Virus record (IMG/VR): IMGVR_UViG_3300037261_000012
Location: 1 to 64,000 of that record
Direction: 5' to 3' (one strand)
DNA: 64,000 nucleotides
Origin: a virus
Of the stretch, positions 55,586 to 64,000 are shown piece by piece. The translations under genes were made by a program, and so were the position numbers. A model generated the notes under the pieces. It saw only the letters and a program-made list of their open reading frames with translations, had not been told where the DNA came from and did not search any database. The first letter of the stretch is position 1, and the number at the start of each line of letters is the position of its first letter.

Positions 55586-56623
55586 GTGAAATACCTTCCT
55601 AAGAATACTAGGGCGTACTTCCAGGCAGCACCGCAATATGCGTTGCATAACCTCGCTGAAGTGCCCTGTTCTACCTTAGCGTTAGCTACCAGGAAATACC
55701 GTGGTGACACTAAAACAAAACCATCACCATTGCCTGATTGTGAGGCTGTGAATTTCTATGCCCTCAATCATTGCGCTGCCTTGGTAAGGAAGATGTTCAC
55801 GATGAATGAGGTTCTCCCATCTTGGGCAGAAAACGTGATGACCAACTACCAGATAGAACTGGTAGAGCAAGCAGAGCGACTTACCCATTACATCATTTGT
55901 GTAATAGTGCGGGAGGCTCGTCATTGGCACTCACCATCAATTAGTCTTTCAAAAGCCGTGGCCACCAAATTTGGCCAGCCGGTGTTGGACTTCCTGAACT
56001 TGAATCGCTCATCTACTGAGACTGCGTCGGTCAATAATTATATGAACAATCCCCCTGATACCACGCTGATAAAGCTGGTGGGGGGGTTGGCCCACATTTA
56101 TGACTTTGGACAATGGAGTGGTGGGTATGGTGGTAAAGCATGGGGCATGATAGCCAAGACTCTACTTTCAGTGTTGGAGGGCAAAACAACTATAGAAATG
56201 ATGGTGGACACTGCCTACACCTTGGCGCACAACAATGGCCCGATGTTCAACAAAGGGATGTTGTACCAGAATTACAATGGTAAGTACTTTATCATGATAC
56301 TGGATGTTCAGCGTAGTGGCCAAATACCTGAATTGATGCTGGAGAAAGGTGAGGTTGGCTTCGAGTACAATCCTTCAGTGGTGAATGTGATCAAGGAAGT
56401 GAAAGCTGCTGTGCCTGGAGCATTTGGAACTTACGTTGACTGGTTCAAAGTCACAGCCCTTGGTGCCGTTGGACATTATGGCCCGCAGCAAGCTAATCAA
56501 CAGAAAAAGCATCCGAAGGAAGTTGAATTCCCCAAGTTCCTTGGCCAGAAAGCCAAGAACATCGGAGAATGGGATGTATTCCCTGGTCAGTCCGTGCAGG
56601 TCTTCGAAAGGGTGAAAGCATGA
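55586..56623 (+). CDS. Conserved hypothetical phage protein
   Basis: Own promoter; FYALNH, REARH, GYGGKAW, DTAYTLAHNNGPMFNK. Confidence 0.75.
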   Translation: MKYLPKNTRAYFQAAPQYALHNLAEVPCSTLALATRKYRGDTKTKPSPLPDCEAVNFYALNHCAALVRKMFTMNEVLPSWAENVMTNYQIELVEQAERLTHYIICVIVREARHWHSPSISLSKAVATKFGQPVLDFLNLNRSSTETASVNNYMNNPPDTTLIKLVGGLAHIYDFGQWSGGYGGKAWGMIAKTLLSVLEGKTTIEMMVDTAYTLAHNNGPMFNKGMLYQNYNGKYFIMILDVQRSGQIPELMLEKGEVGFEYNPSVVNVIKEVKAAVPGAFGTYVDWFKVTALGAVGHYGPQQANQQKKHPKEVEFPKFLGQKAKNIGEWDVFPGQSVQVFERVKA

Positions 56624-56834
56624 ACACTCAATTTATTGGGTTAGGATCAGAGGCGGAGATGGTGAGTTTACGTGGTCTGCCAAAGATCAAGAGGATGTGT
56701 ACTTCCCATTTTCAGTTATTGGTAGTGACGAGTGTTTCGAGGAGGGGGTTAATGATGACCAACTTGAAGTGTTGGCCGGGCCTTTCAATGAAACTCAAAT
56801 TTTTGCAATGTTGCCTGAGGGTGGAATGTCATGA
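56620..56834 (+). pseudogene. Frameshifted paralogue of 33345-33530
   Basis: MNTQF continues in the -1 frame as YWVRIR...VIGSDECF...EVLAGPFNE; one T missing at about 56634. Confidence 0.6.
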
Positions 56835-57616
56835 GCAAGAAGCAGTATGAATTGAGTCAGGAAGACCAGTTCTTCCATGACATGTTTATGAAGGAAAAGG
56901 CCGATAAAGGACGACCAGACGACCTTAGCCCTACAAATTGGACTGCCCAGGATAAGAAATGCGCGCATTCACATCCGGCACTGAAGATAGTCGTTGGGGA
57001 CAAAACCTACGAAATATACGGTGGTGCCTGCGGAAGTCCGATACACAAATGCGACATCTATATAGGGCTGGACAGATACAGTATGGAGTACCATACCAAG
57101 CAGTACCCATGGCAGGACAAGGAAGTTACTACGGAAATAGACATACTATATCCTATTACTGATATGTCTCCGCCAAGTGATTCGGCGAATTTCAAGCTGA
57201 TGGTAGCCTGGATTTGCAATCAATTGCAGTCTGAAAAGAAAATCCACATCGGTTGTATAGGTGGGCATGGAAGAACTGGTACAGTGTTGGCGGCGGTGGT
57301 AGCCAATATGATGGGTGGAGAAGGAGCCATCCAGTATGTACGGAAGAACTACTGCGATCATGCAGTGGAGTCGGCTAGTCAAGTGAGTTTCCTGATGAAG
57401 CACTTCGGGTGCTCCAAGGCAGTTGGGTACAAAGAGCACGGTGGCCTTGGATTCGTGAAAGATTGGGGTTCGGCCATGAAGGGCAGCCAGTGGGTGTCCC
57501 AACCTCATCAAAAGGAAGGCCAAACCCAAATCTATAAAAGCAGCAAAGCAAAGACCAGTTTTTCTGGGGCCAAGAGGTCGTTCTCAAACGTAACCAGCCT
57601 GCGATCAATTTGGTAA
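56831..57616 (+). CDS. CX5R protein tyrosine/dual-specificity phosphatase
   Basis: PITDMSPP, HIGCIGGHGRTG, AVESASQ. Confidence 0.88.
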   Translation: MSKKQYELSQEDQFFHDMFMKEKADKGRPDDLSPTNWTAQDKKCAHSHPALKIVVGDKTYEIYGGACGSPIHKCDIYIGLDRYSMEYHTKQYPWQDKEVTTEIDILYPITDMSPPSDSANFKLMVAWICNQLQSEKKIHIGCIGGHGRTGTVLAAVVANMMGGEGAIQYVRKNYCDHAVESASQVSFLMKHFGCSKAVGYKEHGGLGFVKDWGSAMKGSQWVSQPHQKEGQTQIYKSSKAKTSFSGAKRSFSNVTSLRSIW

Positions 57617-57694
57617 AATAGATGCGAAAGTGCTTGACAGATCTCCGGAATTGCGGTAAATTGACTTATGAGTTCAAACGTCAATGGAGTGACT

Positions 57695-58540
57695 ATGCCA
57701 ATGAGTATCACCATGTTGGGTAAAGACGAATTCTTTCACAAAGTATTATCCCCAGAAGGTTTCATGATGTATGGGCATCTTCTGGCTGATGGAGTAAAGT
57801 TCACAACTGAACTCTACACAATCAAGGCCGAGAAGGGAGTAAAAGGCTGGCAGGTTAATCTGCCGGTAGTGGTTACTACCTTGTTAAAAACTACCGCTTC
57901 TGCTCAATCTGAGTTGGCTTGCAACATGGTCAACGAGTTTGTGAGCAAGCTGTACCAGGTGGTGTTGCCGGAAGTCACCAAGCCTCAAGAGCCTACTATT
58001 CATGAGGCCCCTATTAAGACAGCAGCAGAATTCTTTGAAAAAGCTGAAGATATTAAGAAAGAGGCTTCAGAAATAGAAGTGAGCTTGGGAGAGTTGCTGA
58101 AGAAAAAGCTGGCTGACGCTAAGACTGTGGCCCCAATACCTGATCCTGTGCCAGTGCCTCCAAAAGCCAAGATTCTTTCAGATGGGAAAATTAAAGCTGG
58201 AGTGATCCCTCTGTGTGATGCTGAAGTTGTAGGCCAGAAAGTGCGCGGCACTAGCAATGGGAGTGTGTACATCGCCGTGGCGGTTAATCCCCGTGTGAAG
58301 CTGGCCGCCAGAGTCAAAGGATCATCCATCAGCCTCCGTGTGGAATGTAAGGATGGAGTTACTGAAAAAGAAATGGATGCAATCAAGGGTCTGTTGCAGT
58401 GGCATGGGAACTATGGTTCTACTCACTTCGAAGCCGGTAACATACCGGTACAACGGGTGCTAGGTGCCGCAATCTACGGCATGGGTGTTCAATTTGATGA
58501 TGTGATCAAAGCAGGGGAGGCACTTCAGAGTGGAATTTAA
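57695..58540 (+). CDS. Hypothetical protein
   Basis: Promoter 57634 and GGAG RBS. Confidence 0.7.
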   Translation: MPMSITMLGKDEFFHKVLSPEGFMMYGHLLADGVKFTTELYTIKAEKGVKGWQVNLPVVVTTLLKTTASAQSELACNMVNEFVSKLYQVVLPEVTKPQEPTIHEAPIKTAAEFFEKAEDIKKEASEIEVSLGELLKKKLADAKTVAPIPDPVPVPPKAKILSDGKIKAGVIPLCDAEVVGQKVRGTSNGSVYIAVAVNPRVKLAARVKGSSISLRVECKDGVTEKEMDAIKGLLQWHGNYGSTHFEAGNIPVQRVLGAAIYGMGVQFDDVIKAGEALQSGI

Positions 58541-58686
58541 GGAGGTAAAGGTGGGGTGCTTATTCTATGACCCCATCTCCCAGGAGACCTTCAAGAAGGT
58601 CAATAAAAAAGAAGCTGTAATGGTTTCTGGTGAAGGTGATGGAGTAACAGGTGATGAGTTTGAGCCTGATGAACAGGTATTAATCA

Positions 58687-58929
58687 ATGGACGCTAACTC
58701 CAAGGAGGGGCAACTGCTTACTATGACCCTGGCTGAAGCCAAGATAGGCAAGGAAGTAAAAATTGGTATGCAGAGTTTCGCACCAAGGCTTTCACCAGAG
58801 AGGTGTCAAGCCATACTCACTAGTATCAGTGATAGACTGTGGTGTTTCACTATCTACTGGTTCTCCTTGAGAGTGGCTGAAGTGAGTATCGAGCGCCGCA
58901 AAAACGAATATATCTTTGAGGAACTATAG
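58687..58929 (+). CDS. Hypothetical protein
   Basis: ORF within the operon. Confidence 0.5.
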   Translation: MDANSKEGQLLTMTLAEAKIGKEVKIGMQSFAPRLSPERCQAILTSISDRLWCFTIYWFSLRVAEVSIERRKNEYIFEEL

Positions 58930-59136
58930 ATGAATTTCAATGTGTTTGTTGCTATAGCTGTGGTAGCTGATAGTAAAGAGGCCGCAGAGAATATTGTTGC
59001 TTGTATGCTTTCCAAAGAAATTGGCACTGTGATTATAGGTCATACTACTGAAGACATAGAGGAGTTCGATTCAGTGCAATCAATTGCAGTAAACCAACGA
59101 CCATGGCAGGATGCAGTTCGTAGAGGGGAGTACTAA
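58930..59136 (+). CDS. Hypothetical protein
   Basis: ORF within the operon. Confidence 0.5.
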   Translation: MNFNVFVAIAVVADSKEAAENIVACMLSKEIGTVIIGHTTEDIEEFDSVQSIAVNQRPWQDAVRRGEY

Positions 59137-59564
59137 TGCCCACTCAATTACTTTACCTAGCCGCTGACACCTTAGGTATGCCCCTGCATGAGGTGGAAGA
59201 TCATCTCATTCGCGGGGCCAGAACACATGAACTAAAGCTGGGGTTTTGGAAAATTCATGTGGATACTCTGGCCTGCTCAGATGAATTGAATACCCAAGAG
59301 GTGGGCATGGTGTGCCGCCTGAAGGGTGATGTCTGGATGTATCTGATAGTTCATGCTGATGGTACAGCAGCAGGACACCTGTTCGACGGTGGCACTTTGC
59401 AATTGAAATCAAAGGATGTAGCCAAGTTCGGCATGGGTTCTATCAAGGCTACCTTGAAAAAGATCAAGCCTCTGACTAAGGCAGTGTTATCATACAACCC
59501 TGCCCCAGGAAAAGAGAAATGGGAGGAGTGTGATGTCCCTGGTAATTTGGAGTACCAAGCCTGA
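59136..59564 (+). CDS. Hypothetical protein
   Basis: GAGGGG RBS; overlaps the polymerase gene. Confidence 0.6.
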   Translation: MPTQLLYLAADTLGMPLHEVEDHLIRGARTHELKLGFWKIHVDTLACSDELNTQEVGMVCRLKGDVWMYLIVHADGTAAGHLFDGGTLQLKSKDVAKFGMGSIKATLKKIKPLTKAVLSYNPAPGKEKWEECDVPGNLEYQA

Positions 59565-61944
59565 GGCTTATGTCCGGGCTGCTTTTGCTGTAGTTTTACA
59601 TGAGTTCCCTGATTTACCAGTAGTTGTTGTTTCTGATGTCACTGTCTTGCCTAAAATCCCTGGCATGACTACCTTGTTTGCGCTTGGCCAAGAACCTATT
59701 GCCATGCTCGCCAGCAACCTGGTAATACCAAAGAATAGAACAGCCACTAGCCTACGTGGAGTCCCGCACCTCATGACCATACCTTTTGTAGGTAAGGTCA
59801 ATGCCCTTGTATCCTATGATCCAGGTGTGCAGGATATGGATTATGGTAGGTATATCCAGCTTCAATGTGATCTCACATCAGCTATAAGGTTGGAGACTAC
59901 CGGAAGCCTATCCCCCGTGTATGGTAACTACGAGTACGTCCCTGACTTACACAGTTTCAGAGGAATGATAGAGGCTGTCTGGGAAGAATTCCCACTTCGC
60001 ATGGTTGATGTGGCCCTTGATCTGGAGACTGTAGGGCTAGACCCGTGGCTCTTACCAAAAGATAAACACCCAGGAGCATACATTGTTTCCATCCAAGTAT
60101 CAGCAGAGGAAGGCACTGCACAGGTTGTGTATTTTAACAATGCTAAGGAAGAACAAAACTGGTTCATGACATTGGAGTTTGTTGAAGACCTTATTTGGAT
60201 ACTCACTAATACAAAGATACGTCTGCGCGGGGCTAACCTAAAATATGATCTGACCTGGTTGTGGGTACGGGCTATGGTGGAGTGTACGAACTTCGTGTTC
60301 GATACGACTTTGGTTGGGTCACTTCTTGATGAAAATCGTAGCAATGCATTGGATGTTCATTGTAAATTATATGCCGCTCCACTTGGAGGATACTCAGATT
60401 TAGTGGATAAGACGGTAGATAAGGCCCGTATGGATTTAGTACCAAGAGATAAACTTCTGCCATATGCAGCAGGAGATGCTGATGCCACGTTAAGAGTGGC
60501 TAGGCAGATGAAAGGCCAGCTACTGAAAGACAAGCAGCTAACATCTTTTTATGTGAACATCTTACATCCGGCAGCAAGAGCTTTTGAAATAGTTGAACGT
60601 GGTGGGTGTTGTGTTGACCCCAAGGCTTTTGCTGAGCTAGAAGTTGACTTGGACAAAGAAATAGCTGGTCTGGTATGGAAAGCTCGTAATATTCTTGGTG
60701 GAAGAATCTGGGCTAAGCACGCAGACGAGGATAAGAATGGTGGCATGAACTTAACCAAGGCCAGTATGCTGTGTGATTTCATGTTCAGCCCAATGGGACT
60801 CAACCTAAAGCCACTAGAATTAACAGCAGGAGGTAAGGATGGAACTGGGCCAAAGCTACCAAGCACAGCCATAGATCATCTACTTCAGTTTAAGGATGTT
60901 CCTGAGGCAAGTGAATTTATCGCGCTGCTTGGAGACTATAGTAGTGCAAGCAAAACACTCAGCACGTTTGTCCGTGGCTTTCAGAAGCATATACGATCAG
61001 ACGGGAGGCTGCACCCTACCTATTGGTTCTTCGCAGGTAACAAAGATGAGGGTGACGGAGGAACTAATAGTGGTCGGCTCAGTGCCCGTGATCCTGCCTG
61101 GCAAACCCTTCCGAAACACACAAAATGGGCTAAAAGATTGAGGTATTGTTACATCGCACCTTCTGGTCATGTGGTAGTTGAGCGTGATTACAATCAAGGG
61201 GAGTTACGAGTTCATGCCTGCATAGCACATGAGCCAAACATGATCAAAGCATACAAGATGGGTATGGATTTACACGCCCTCACTAGTGGAGAATTCAGTG
61301 GGTACAATTATGAAGCCATGATGGAACTGAAGAAAACCAACAAGGCACTATTTGATGCCATTAGGCAGTTGGGAAAGGCTGGTAACTTCGGACTCCTGTA
61401 TGGCATGTCGGCAGGTGGCTTCTTCGTATATGCTGTTGAGAACTATGGGGTTAAAGATTTCACGATGGATAAGTCAGTCACATTCTGTGATGGCTTCTTC
61501 CAACGCTACCCAGGTCTGATAACATACAATGAAGCAACTAAGTTGCACGCTCACAAATATGGGTATGTTCGTTCACCATTAGGAAGAATCAGGCATCTGC
61601 CACTAATTAACAGTCCTAACAAGCAGATACAGAGCCAGGCTGAGCGTCAAAGCATAAATGCTCCAACGCAGGGATGTTTATCTGATTTATTGCTATGGAC
61701 TATATCAGAGGAGAATCATAATGGAATAAGTGCAGAAGCACCTTGTTTTGGAGCGTGCCACGATGCAGCCTATTCCTATGTGCTTGAAGACAAGGTAGCA
61801 CTATGGGTGCCTAAAGCATTAGGGGTTATGGAGAACCTACCATTCAATAAGGTAGGTTGGGAGCCTGAATTGAAATTCCTTGCAGACGCTAAATTTGGCC
61901 CGAATATGGGGAGTTTAACCGAGTGGAAAGGTGCTCACTCTTGA
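59530..61944 (+). CDS. Family A DNA polymerase with 3'-5' exonuclease
   Basis: DLET, NLKYD, YAAGDA; SGRLSARDP, DYNQGELR, RQLGKAGNFGLLYG, NAPTQG, CHDA. Confidence 0.95.
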   Translation: MMSLVIWSTKPEAYVRAAFAVVLHEFPDLPVVVVSDVTVLPKIPGMTTLFALGQEPIAMLASNLVIPKNRTATSLRGVPHLMTIPFVGKVNALVSYDPGVQDMDYGRYIQLQCDLTSAIRLETTGSLSPVYGNYEYVPDLHSFRGMIEAVWEEFPLRMVDVALDLETVGLDPWLLPKDKHPGAYIVSIQVSAEEGTAQVVYFNNAKEEQNWFMTLEFVEDLIWILTNTKIRLRGANLKYDLTWLWVRAMVECTNFVFDTTLVGSLLDENRSNALDVHCKLYAAPLGGYSDLVDKTVDKARMDLVPRDKLLPYAAGDADATLRVARQMKGQLLKDKQLTSFYVNILHPAARAFEIVERGGCCVDPKAFAELEVDLDKEIAGLVWKARNILGGRIWAKHADEDKNGGMNLTKASMLCDFMFSPMGLNLKPLELTAGGKDGTGPKLPSTAIDHLLQFKDVPEASEFIALLGDYSSASKTLSTFVRGFQKHIRSDGRLHPTYWFFAGNKDEGDGGTNSGRLSARDPAWQTLPKHTKWAKRLRYCYIAPSGHVVVERDYNQGELRVHACIAHEPNMIKAYKMGMDLHALTSGEFSGYNYEAMMELKKTNKALFDAIRQLGKAGNFGLLYGMSAGGFFVYAVENYGVKDFTMDKSVTFCDGFFQRYPGLITYNEATKLHAHKYGYVRSPLGRIRHLPLINSPNKQIQSQAERQSINAPTQGCLSDLLLWTISEENHNGISAEAPCFGACHDAAYSYVLEDKVALWVPKALGVMENLPFNKVGWEPELKFLADAKFGPNMGSLTEWKGAHS

Positions 61945-62022
61945 TTGCAATCAATTGCAGTCATAATTTGGCTAGGAGAATAATTTCTGATACACTGTGA
62001 GGAATACCACAGGAGAAACAGT

Positions 62023-64000
62023 ATGTCATTAAGCATAATCACTAGTCCTAAGGCAAAATCCTCTCCAGTCAAACCAACCAAATCCACTGTTTCCTATGTA
62101 CAGAAGACTATAGGTAACGATACTTGGCTGGTGATGGCTCAATCAGCTATTGAGTTGGAAGATGAGTTTGCCAACCTGTATTACACAACGCAGAATCAGT
62201 CAAACATCTTTATCCAACCTCCGTTTGAGCCTAAAGCCCTCAAGAATCTAGTAAATACTAATAATGTCCTTGGCCAATGCGTGGAAGCCATGGAGGTAAA
62301 CATTGATGGAACAGGTTATGACTTCGTTCCTATTGAGGAAAAGAAGCAATCGCTGTTAAAGCCACCAAAGAAGCCAATAACCCAACTTCCTCCCCCTCCT
62401 GGCCCACCTAAAGGTGTAGTTCCTCCAGGTCTAGCAGCCTTCCAAAAGAACAAGGGGGTTGCAGAAAAGCCACAACCACAGGAAAAGCCTCTTACTGAGG
62501 TTGTACCTGGTACTCCTGTACCTGTTAAACCAACACCTGAAGAAGTTCAAGCTCAAGCAGACCATCAGAAGTTGGTGGATGGACAGGCAGCAGAAGTATC
62601 AGACGCTGCTCAACAGCAATATGACGAAGATTTAGCCATATACAATGAAGAAAAAGCAAAAGAAGAAGCAGCAAATGCAGAAAAGGAGATAGCTAAGGCG
62701 TTCTTCAATGAACCATGTCCAGGAAAAACATTTATTGGTATTAGACGGCAGTTACGTAGGGATATGGAGTCCATTGGATATGCCTTTCTGGAAGTTCTAA
62801 GAAATGTGGCTGGTGATGTCGTTGGAGTGCGTAATATAGATACGTTCAACACCCGTATGGTGAAGTTGGATTCTCCTATATTGGTGGATCGTGATGTAGT
62901 GCGTCAAGGAAAGCCAGTTACCTTGAAAATATGGGAAAGGCAGAGAAGGTTTGCCCAGCGTGTGGCCTTGAAAGAGCTTGTTTATTACCGGGAGTTCGGT
63001 ACGGCCAGAGAAGTAGATAGGAAGACTGGGAAATGGGAAATACTGGATCAAGGGGAGCAGAACAATGTGGTGAAGCCGGAAGATCGTGGTACTGAATTGA
63101 TTATGTTTGGGATACACCCGGACGTAACTACTTCCTACTTCTTACCGCGTTGGATTAACCAGATGCCTTCCGTTGTTGGAAGTAGAAAAGCGGAAGAAGC
63201 TAACCTTGAATTCTTGGATGCTGGTGGTATGCCACCGTCGATTATCTTTGTTCAAGGGGGTACTCTTGGTAAGGATGCGGCAGATCAACTACGGATGTAT
63301 CTTTCTGGACAGAATAAGAACAAACACCGTGCTGTGGTGGTAGATGCACATTCAAGTGGTGGTAATTTGGATACGACTGCTGGGACAGTAAAAGTAACGG
63401 TAGAGCGTTTTGGGGCGGAACGAGCACAGGACGCGATGTTCATGAAGTATGATGATAGTACAGAAACGCATGTGGTGATGGGCTTCAGACTGCCATTTAT
63501 GTTCCTTGGGAAGGAAAAAGCCTTAAATTTCGCCACAGCTCAAGTAAGCTACATGATTGCTGAGCAGCAAGTGTTTGGGCCTGAGAGACTTGATTTCGAT
63601 GCCACAATCAATCGCACTATAATGAAAGAACTTGATATGAAGGTTGTCAAGTTTGAAAGCAAACCTGCGGTTATGGTTAATGCTGACAATCAGATTAAGG
63701 CTCTAACACTAGCCAAGGGTATTACTACCAATAAATCTCTGGTAGATGAGATAAATTCCCTGAATGGAAGTCATCTTGAGGCAACAGAGGGCACTATTGC
63801 TCCAGCAGCCCCTGTTGGAGGTAAGTCACCAATACCAAAGAATAACCCCTTCCAGTCATCTGATTCTGGTGGGGCACCTGCTGATTCCGCAGGGGATGGA
63901 AGCTATACTGGAAATGACAAAACCTCAAGTGAGTTGGTTACATTAGCCCAGGATTATGCGGCTATGCGCGGCCTCACCAAGAAACGTGAGATGAGTCCTG
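62023..64000 (+). CDS. Portal protein (PBSX-like), 3'-truncated at window edge
   Basis: AGGAG RBS; manual translation PPFEP..L...CVEAMEVNIDGTGY...RDMESIGYAFLEVLRN...YFLPRW...FRLP..FLG...NFATA; open to the end of the window. Confidence 0.88.
   Translation, partial: MSLSIITSPKAKSSPVKPTKSTVSYVQKTIGNDTWLVMAQSAIELEDEFANLYYTTQNQSNIFIQPPFEPKALKNLVNTNNVLGQCVEAMEVNIDGTGYDFVPIEEKKQSLLKPPKKPITQLPPPPGPPKGVVPPGLAAFQKNKGVAEKPQPQEKPLTEVVPGTPVPVKPTPEEVQAQADHQKLVDGQAAEVSDAAQQQYDEDLAIYNEEKAKEEAANAEKEIAKAFFNEPCPGKTFIGIRRQLRRDMESIGYAFLEVLRNVAGDVVGVRNIDTFNTRMVKLDSPILVDRDVVRQGKPVTLKIWERQRRFAQRVALKELVYYREFGTAREVDRKTGKWEILDQGEQNNVVKPEDRGTELIMFGIHPDVTTSYFLPRWINQMPSVVGSRKAEEANLEFLDAGGMPPSIIFVQGGTLGKDAADQLRMYLSGQNKNKHRAVVVDAHSSGGNLDTTAGTVKVTVERFGAERAQDAMFMKYDDSTETHVVMGFRLPFMFLGKEKALNFATAQVSYMIAEQQVFGPERLDFDATINRTIMKELDMKVVKFESKPAVMVNADNQIKALTLAKGITTNKSLVDEINSLNGSHLEATEGTIAPAAPVGGKSPIPKNNPFQSSDSGGAPADSAGDGSYTGNDKTSSELVTLAQDYAAMRGLTKKREMSP

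Larger units (their letters stand above)
5481..57661 (+). promoter_or_regulatory. Family of about 20 sigma70-type phage promoters, consensus AAATAGTTCAGAAAGTGC-TTGACA-GA(C/T)N7-ATTG(T/C)GG-(G/T)AAA(C/A/T)T
   Basis: TTGACA at 5496, 6745, 10876, 12777, 20532, 29204, 32618, 33564, 35962, 38121, 38767, 39339, 41187, 43059, 46605, 48299, 52067, 54630, 55524, 57634; 16-17 nt spacer; at gene boundaries; usually followed by a CAA(G/T)GGAGT RBS. Confidence 0.88.
2346..61960 (+). repeat. Dispersed 16-bp near-palindrome CTGCAAT-CA-ATTGCAG (about 31 copies)
   Basis: Exact core GCAATCAATTGC in copies starting near 2346, 11746, 12022, 13870, 16826, 22098, 24130, 27261, 29012, 29937, 31879, 33722, 35661, 38150, 41229, 41883, 45169, 47846, 50047, 51157, 52132, 54669, 57214, 59074, 61945, and reverse-oriented at 8800. 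One-mismatch variants at 5524 and 43089 (+) and 19420, 31223, 34512 (reverse). Confidence 0.97.

Noticed and set aside
9600-61944. Inteins or introns in helicase, RecA, terminase or polymerase
   Set aside because: Protein lengths are ordinary and no splice-junction motifs or inserted endonuclease domains were seen.
61941-61954. FNR box TTGAT-N4-ATCAA
   Set aside because: Explained by overlap with a copy of the dispersed palindrome; a single occurrence.
2346-61960. Dispersed palindrome or promoter repeats as a CRISPR array or as a protein motif
   Set aside because: Copies are kilobases apart with no spacer periodicity, and the palindrome occurs in all three frames and between genes.
173-63536. 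Numerous minus-strand ORFs in the six-frame track
   Set aside because: They lie antisense to well-supported plus-strand genes or tRNAs and show no recognisable motifs.

Overview
A 64-kb segment of a tailed dsDNA phage of a Gram-negative, probably proteobacterial host. Essentially all credible genes lie on the + strand. Order: lysis cassette (partial holin, SAR-type lysozyme, nested Rz/Rz1); a 780-aa virion-type protein with nested repeats; a replication/recombination/nucleotide block (AAA+ ATPase, initiator-like, DnaC-like, DnaB, primase, SSB, SF2 helicase, RecA, resolvases, ThyX, MazG-like, dCMP deaminase); terminase followed by a PAPS-reductase-like/ADP-ribosyltransferase/methyltransferase/3x ParB-N cluster; a long early/accessory region of small genes in promoter-led units (RNA ligase, HD hydrolase, amidoligase, SleB, DNA ligase, truncated PPDK, two CX5R phosphatases); 11 tRNAs plus a circularly permuted tmRNA; family A DNA polymerase; and a portal gene running off the right end. 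The strongest unexplained signal is a 16-bp near-palindrome, CTGCAAT-CA-ATTGCAG. I found about 31 copies by eye, strongly oriented, written into coding genes in all three frames, and never more than about 3.3 kb apart. Also notable: a 429-bp transposase-less cassette with 22-bp TIRs and an 8-bp TSD carrying mazG and inserted in a phage promoter, a six-level nested domain protein, a shared QKG(G/A)P N-terminal motif on three probable packaged proteins, and several non-canonical tRNAs and inter-tRNA structured RNAs. All coordinates and counts were read manually and should be verified computationally.
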